From IMG/VR virus record IMGVR_UViG_3300034418_003291: a stretch of 20,000 nucleotides of DNA; one strand, 5' to 3'. The notes under the pieces were generated by a model. That model was not told the origin of the DNA. It was given only the letters and a program-made list of their open reading frames with translations, and did no database searches. The DNA comes from an uncultured virus (IMG/VR IMGVR_UViG_3300034418_003291) (Duplodnaviria; Heunggongvirae; Uroviricota; Caudoviricetes). Position numbers and translations under genes: made by a program. Shown piece by piece: positions 17,323 to 20,000 of this stretch (position 1 is its first letter; the number at the start of each line of letters is the position of its first letter).

Positions 17323-17372
17323 GCTACATGATCCAAAAGAGACTAAACAGGAGAAAGCAAGGACTGGTGTAA
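17238..17372 (+). CDS. Highly basic 44-aa peptide (not in ORF track)
   Basis: MARRKSETLKQYRKRRGKGNKWKSKDPLGYMIQKRLNRRKQGLV*. The stop overlaps the next start as TAATG. Confidence 0.45.
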   Translation: MARRKSETLKQYRKRRGKGNKWKSKDPLGYMIQKRLNRRKQGLV

Positions 17373-17815
17373 TGGACAACCAAAACACACAAGAAGAATT
17401 CGATCAGATGTTCTTAGATATGTGCTTCCTCATCTCTCAAAGAAGCAGAGCAGAAAGGAATCAAGTAGGATCTATTATCACTAAGCACAATAGACCAATC
17501 AGTCTAGGATACAATGGAACACCTGTAGGATTCGACAATAAGTGTGAAGATGAAAACGGAGATACATTAGAATCCGTAATCCATGCAGAAGAGAACGCAA
17601 TATGTTTTCTCGCCAGGACACATGAAAGTACAGAAGGAACAACCCTATACAGTACACTAGCTCCATGTGCTAAATGCTCAAGAATGATTATACAATGTGG
17701 TATTAGAAGAGTAGTGTATAGAGATAGGTATAGGTATGATAACGGTATTGATATGTTGAAGAAAGCTAAGATAGAGGTAGTTCGTTTACATCCATCTTAC
17801 AACCAAGAAGACTAA
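17372..17815 (+). CDS. dCMP deaminase
   Basis: Motifs QVGSII, GYNGTP.GFDNKCE, HAEENAI, TLAPCAKC and GIRRVVY, next to thyX. Confidence 0.92.
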   Translation: MDNQNTQEEFDQMFLDMCFLISQRSRAERNQVGSIITKHNRPISLGYNGTPVGFDNKCEDENGDTLESVIHAEENAICFLARTHESTEGTTLYSTLAPCAKCSRMIIQCGIRRVVYRDRYRYDNGIDMLKKAKIEVVRLHPSYNQED

Positions 17816-17845
17816 AAGATATACCAAAGATATACGAAAGTGATA

Positions 17846-17878
17846 AAGACCATATCCGAAAGGGTGTGGTCTTATTTT
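17846..17878 (+). terminator. Rho-independent terminator
   Basis: AAGACCATATCC-GAAA-GGGTGTGGTCTT followed by ATTTT. Confidence 0.8.
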
Positions 17879-17903
17879 CGTTAAAGCTACATAGAAGCGA
17901 GAT

Positions 17904-17940
17904 AACCTACGAAAAACAATAAAGAAATTCGTAGGTTTTT
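17904..17940 (+). terminator. Second hairpin/terminator
   Basis: AACCTACGAA / TTCGTAGGTT 10-bp inverted repeat followed by a T-run. Confidence 0.5.
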
Positions 17941-18112
17941 GGTAGAGTTTAGGGTTATTTTTATGGTTTTGTTTTTAAATTTCTCCTTCGCTTAGTCCCG
18001 AATAAAATTTAAATAAACCCTAAATACACCGAATTTAATTCGATAACCCCCTATCCCGTATTAGTCAAAACTTATTAGAACCCCCCTGCCACCGAATTTT
18101 ATTCGTTTATAC

Positions 18113-18159
18113 AAAAAAATAACCCCCCGGACTTAGTTTCCGAGGGGTTTAAATTTTTT
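18113..18159. terminator. Bidirectional terminator-like hairpin
   Basis: A-run, AACCCCCCGGA / TCCGAGGGGTT stem, T-run. Confidence 0.6.
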
Positions 18160-18162
18160 GCT

Positions 18163-18232
18163 ACCACTATATGTAGTGGGGGTGGTAATAAAATCCCGAG
18201 AAGTATAACTTACCTACCACTATATCTAGTAT
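18163..18232. promoter_or_regulatory. Tandem NrdR-box-like sites
   Basis: ACCACTATATGTAGTGG (18163) and ACCACTATATCTAGTAT (18216) versus the consensus acaCwAtATaTwGtg, 53 bp apart. Confidence 0.55.
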
Positions 18233-18245
18233 TAGTCAAAACTGT

Positions 18246-18404
18246 TTAGCGTGTTGATGGGTCTAGCTGCTGAATCAGTTGCATCAATGCCCCTAGCACC
18301 TGTAGGTTAGGCATAGTGTGTAACTCAGTAGAGAAATGGTCTGGGTAATGCTTCTGAAGTACCTCTAGAACCTCATCCATACAAGTAGAGAGTTTGTTTT
18401 CCAT
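18246..18404 (-). CDS. Small hypothetical protein (52 aa, not in ORF track)
   Basis: MENKLSTCMDEVLEVLQKHYPDHFSTELHTMPNLQVLGALMQLIQQLDPSTR*, bracketed by direct repeats. Confidence 0.5.
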   Translation of the reverse strand: MENKLSTCMDEVLEVLQKHYPDHFSTELHTMPNLQVLGALMQLIQQLDPSTR

Positions 18405-18520
18405 GCACTATTAAAGTCTAGTATTAGTCAAAAATAGGGCATGACCGAATAATGTTAGGAAAGAACCTTATAAAGAAAATGCAATTCTGCTTAGAGCAAC
18501 ATTCTCCCTACACGCCCGAT

Positions 18521-18549
18521 ATTGTACACCATAACTCCTTACAATACAA
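18521..18549 (-). promoter_or_regulatory. sigma70-type promoter (minus strand)
   Basis: TTGTAT, 17-nt spacer, TACAAT, with the same ATGGTG before the -10 as promoters A and B. Confidence 0.55.
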
Positions 18550-18627
18550 GACCTTACGCTCATTTCTTTTTGTGTTCTAGGAAGTTGCATTGTGTAAGAG
18601 TGAGATCTTGTATTGTAAGGAGTTATG
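18530..18627. repeat. Perfect 22-bp inverted repeat with 54-bp spacer
   Basis: CATAACTCCTTACAATACAAGA (18530-18551) / TCTTGTATTGTAAGGAGTTATG (18606-18627). Confidence 0.9.
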
Positions 18628-18666
18628 AGCTAGGTGTAAGCCTTTTCGTAGCAAGGGTTTAGGAAG

Positions 18667-18720
18667 TTACAAGGGTGGAAACTAGTATGCCCCGCCCGGA
18701 GACCTGCCATTTTGGCAGGT
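18667..18720. repeat. ~55-bp intergenic repeat with CCTGCCA-TTT-TGGCAGG palindrome, copy 1
   Basis: Aligns to 19690-19744. Confidence 0.85.
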
Positions 18721-18737
18721 ACTCACTCGGAGTGAAG

Positions 18738-18768
18738 AAAAAAGGGGGAGAGCCGAAACCCTCCCCCT
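18738..18768 (-). terminator. Rho-independent terminator (minus strand)
   Basis: AGGGGGAGGG-TTTCGG-CTCTCCCCCT-TTTTT, just after the 18775 stop. Confidence 0.85.
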
Positions 18769-18774
18769 AAAAAC

Positions 18775-18936
18775 TTATCGACAGATACCCACTTGGGTGT
18801 AGTTCCGTCGGACAAACGAACGAGCCGCGTTATAGTCCGAGAACGAATAAGTTCGGATCTGCCGACCTTCTTTGATCGTTACCTCGGTCTCGCCACGGGT
18901 GTTCTTCATGCTGATCTTGTTTGCTTGGGTTTTCAT
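18775..18936 (-). CDS. Small basic hypothetical protein (53 aa, not in ORF track)
   Basis: AAGGAG RBS; MKTQANKISMKNTRGETEVTIKEGRQIRTYSFSDYNAARSFVRRNYTQVGICR*. Confidence 0.7.
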   Translation of the reverse strand: MKTQANKISMKNTRGETEVTIKEGRQIRTYSFSDYNAARSFVRRNYTQVGICR

Positions 18937-18951
18937 GTTATTCTCCTTTGT

Positions 18952-19293
18952 TTAGCTGTTCGCTGAGTCGTTAGAAAGTTCGTTGATCTTGGCATCACGC
19001 TGGCTGCGAAGATCGTCAATCTTAGCCTTTGCTTCTGCGATCTGATCCTCTGCGTCAATGCCACGCTGCTTCCAAACCGATGCTTTCTCCAGGAAGTTGG
19101 CAACCTTCTCGGGAGCCTCCTTCGCCCAGCGACGAGCGGTGATGATGCTGTTCTGGATCTCCTCGATCTCTTCGTTGATGAGCGAGACTTCCGGGTGATC
19201 CGAGAGAGCCTGACGAGCAGCCTTCATGCGGACTTGGTTCAGCTTCTCTTCCAGAGCAGCGGCGATTTGTTCGGGGGTGCGGTGCTTACCCAT
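18952..19293 (-). CDS. Coiled-coil hypothetical protein
   Basis: 113 aa, AGGAG RBS, GC-richer codons. Confidence 0.8.
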   Translation of the reverse strand: MGKHRTPEQIAAALEEKLNQVRMKAARQALSDHPEVSLINEEIEEIQNSIITARRWAKEAPEKVANFLEKASVWKQRGIDAEDQIAEAKAKIDDLRSQRDAKINELSNDSANS

Positions 19294-19345
19294 GTTGTTT
19301 CTCCTATCGTTGTTGTGGGCGGGTTGCCCTCTGTGTTACTTGTAC

Positions 19346-19373
19346 ATCTTACTCTATTACAGTACGGGATCAA
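19346..19373 (-). promoter_or_regulatory. sigma70-type promoter (minus strand)
   Basis: TAC-TTGATC, 16-nt spacer, TAAGAT. It shares TACTTG with promoters A and B. Confidence 0.55.
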
Positions 19374-19386
19374 GTAAAAACATCCC

Positions 19387-19399
19387 GTATTAGTCAAAA
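19387..19399. repeat. 13-bp motif GTATTAGTCAAAA, copy 5
   Basis: ATCCCGTATTAGTCAAAA is identical to 18053-18070. Confidence 0.8.
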
Positions 19400-19401
19400 A
19401 C

Positions 19402-19626
19402 TTAGAATCCGATCCGATCCACGACCAGTTCGTCCTTGTTCGCCAGGAACCACTTGCCCTTGGAGTCGGCAGCAAGCCACTCATCGATCTTGGCAGGGGT
19501 CTTGGCAGTGACCATGTAGGTGTAGCCGTCCTTGGTGGACATCTCAATCAGCTTCGGGCTACGCTTGTAAAGCTGTGCAATCCAAGAAGAGCGGAAGCTG
19601 ATACCATCGGTAACGAGTGAAGTCAT
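19402..19626 (-). CDS. KTSC-domain-like protein (probable leaderless start at 19626)
   Basis: SSWIAQLY...KDGYTY...WLAADSKGKWF matches the KTSC pattern SS.I....Y...G..Y...l..A.SkG.yf. ATG lies 6 nt after TGTATAAT. Confidence 0.6.
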   Translation of the reverse strand: MTSLVTDGISFRSSWIAQLYKRSPKLIEMSTKDGYTYMVTAKTPAKIDEWLAADSKGKWFLANKDELVVDRIGF

Positions 19627-19632
19627 GTGAAC

Positions 19633-19660
19633 ATTATACACACTCCTCACGCCCTGGAAA
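19633..19660 (-). promoter_or_regulatory. sigma70-type promoter with extended -10
   Basis: TTTCCA, 16-nt spacer, TATAAT preceded by GTGTG. Confidence 0.65.
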
Positions 19661-19689
19661 GAATAAAATCGGAAAACCGAAAGACTTAT

Positions 19690-19744
19690 TTACAAGGGCA
19701 TAGGCTAGTAAGCCCCCGCCCGGAGCCCTGCCATTTTGGCAGGT
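19690..19744. repeat. ~55-bp intergenic repeat, copy 2
   Basis: TTACAAGGG-N6-CTAGTA.GCCCCCGCCCGGAG.CCTGCCATTTTGGCAGGT. Confidence 0.85.
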
Positions 19745-19754
19745 CGGACCTAGC

Positions 19755-20000
19755 TTAGACGGCTAGAGCCTCCCCTAGTGCCTTGCGGCTTGCTTTCTTC
19801 CCGTGAAGAGGGTAATAGATCGTCTCGACCTTATCCGACCAGCAAGCCCGACACGGACCACACTTCCCGCCACGATCATACGAGCGGCAAAGGGCAGCAC
19901 CTTTACGCGGCTGGAAATCCTCGGCAGACTCGATGATAGTGCTATTGACATCGGAAAAGCCTTTCAGCACTTCGCCACTAGTGCTATCGCTGCTCATGCG
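19755..20000 (-). CDS. C-terminal part of a Gp88-like Cys-rich phage protein (partial)
   Basis: C.......KCGPCRACW...V..I.Y..HG is the characteristic GP88-family C-terminus. The frame runs off the window. Confidence 0.7.
   Translation of the reverse strand, partial: RMSSDSTSGEVLKGFSDVNSTIIESAEDFQPRKGAALCRSYDRGGKCGPCRACWSDKVETIYYPLHGKKASRKALGEALAV

Larger units (their letters stand above)
18058..18433. repeat. Cluster of three GTATTAGTCAAAA copies (18058, 18229, 18421)
   Basis: Exact 13-mers with extended shared flanks. Confidence 0.85.

Noticed and set aside
18027..18105. Gram-positive LexA (Cheo) boxes
   Set aside because: The sites are CGAA-N5-TTCG rather than CGAAC-N4-GTTCG, so they are kept only as unexplained twin palindromes.
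18703..18720. sigma54 promoter from TGGCA
   Set aside because: No TTGC -12 element at the required spacing in either copy or strand.
17816..18770. CRISPR array or mini-array
   Set aside because: Repeats are 13-18 bp with irregular 170-190 bp gaps, there is no constant spacer length, and no cas genes are present.
19239..19547. 102-aa minus-strand ORF and 19195-19377 + ORF
   Set aside because: They overlap better-supported genes and cross a promoter/repeat region.

Overview
This window is most likely part of a large lytic dsDNA bacteriophage genome with T4-like late-promoter logic. No integrase, CRISPR array or reverse transcriptase is visible. The left block (1-6885) is a set of putative late genes: three tandem paralogues with clan GH-A-like catalytic motifs and a repeat-containing fibre-like protein, each preceded by TA(A/G)ATA 4-5 nt before the ATG with no Shine-Dalgarno. 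The middle (6946-17815, + strand) has tRNA-Ile(UAU), tRNA-Leu(UAA) and tRNA-Arg(UCU), two zinc deaminases, dTDP-glucose 4,6-dehydratase, a small heat-shock protein and a DenV-like glycosylase. It also has an AAA+/HExxH/unknown/vWA module, a sigma-70-like factor, ThyX and many small ORFs. A ~950 bp, mostly non-coding convergence zone (17816-18770) is packed with terminators, polar 13-bp repeats, two NrdR-box-like sites 53 bp apart, and a perfect 22-bp inverted repeat built from recombinase-site-like palindromes. The right end carries GC-richer minus-strand genes (KTSC-like, Gp88-like). The most unusual signals are sigma70-type promoters whose -10 box sits in the loop of a hairpin that can occlude the start codon, the regulatory/recombination hub, and the mosaic glycoside-hydrolase array. 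All family assignments are by motif recognition, not database search.
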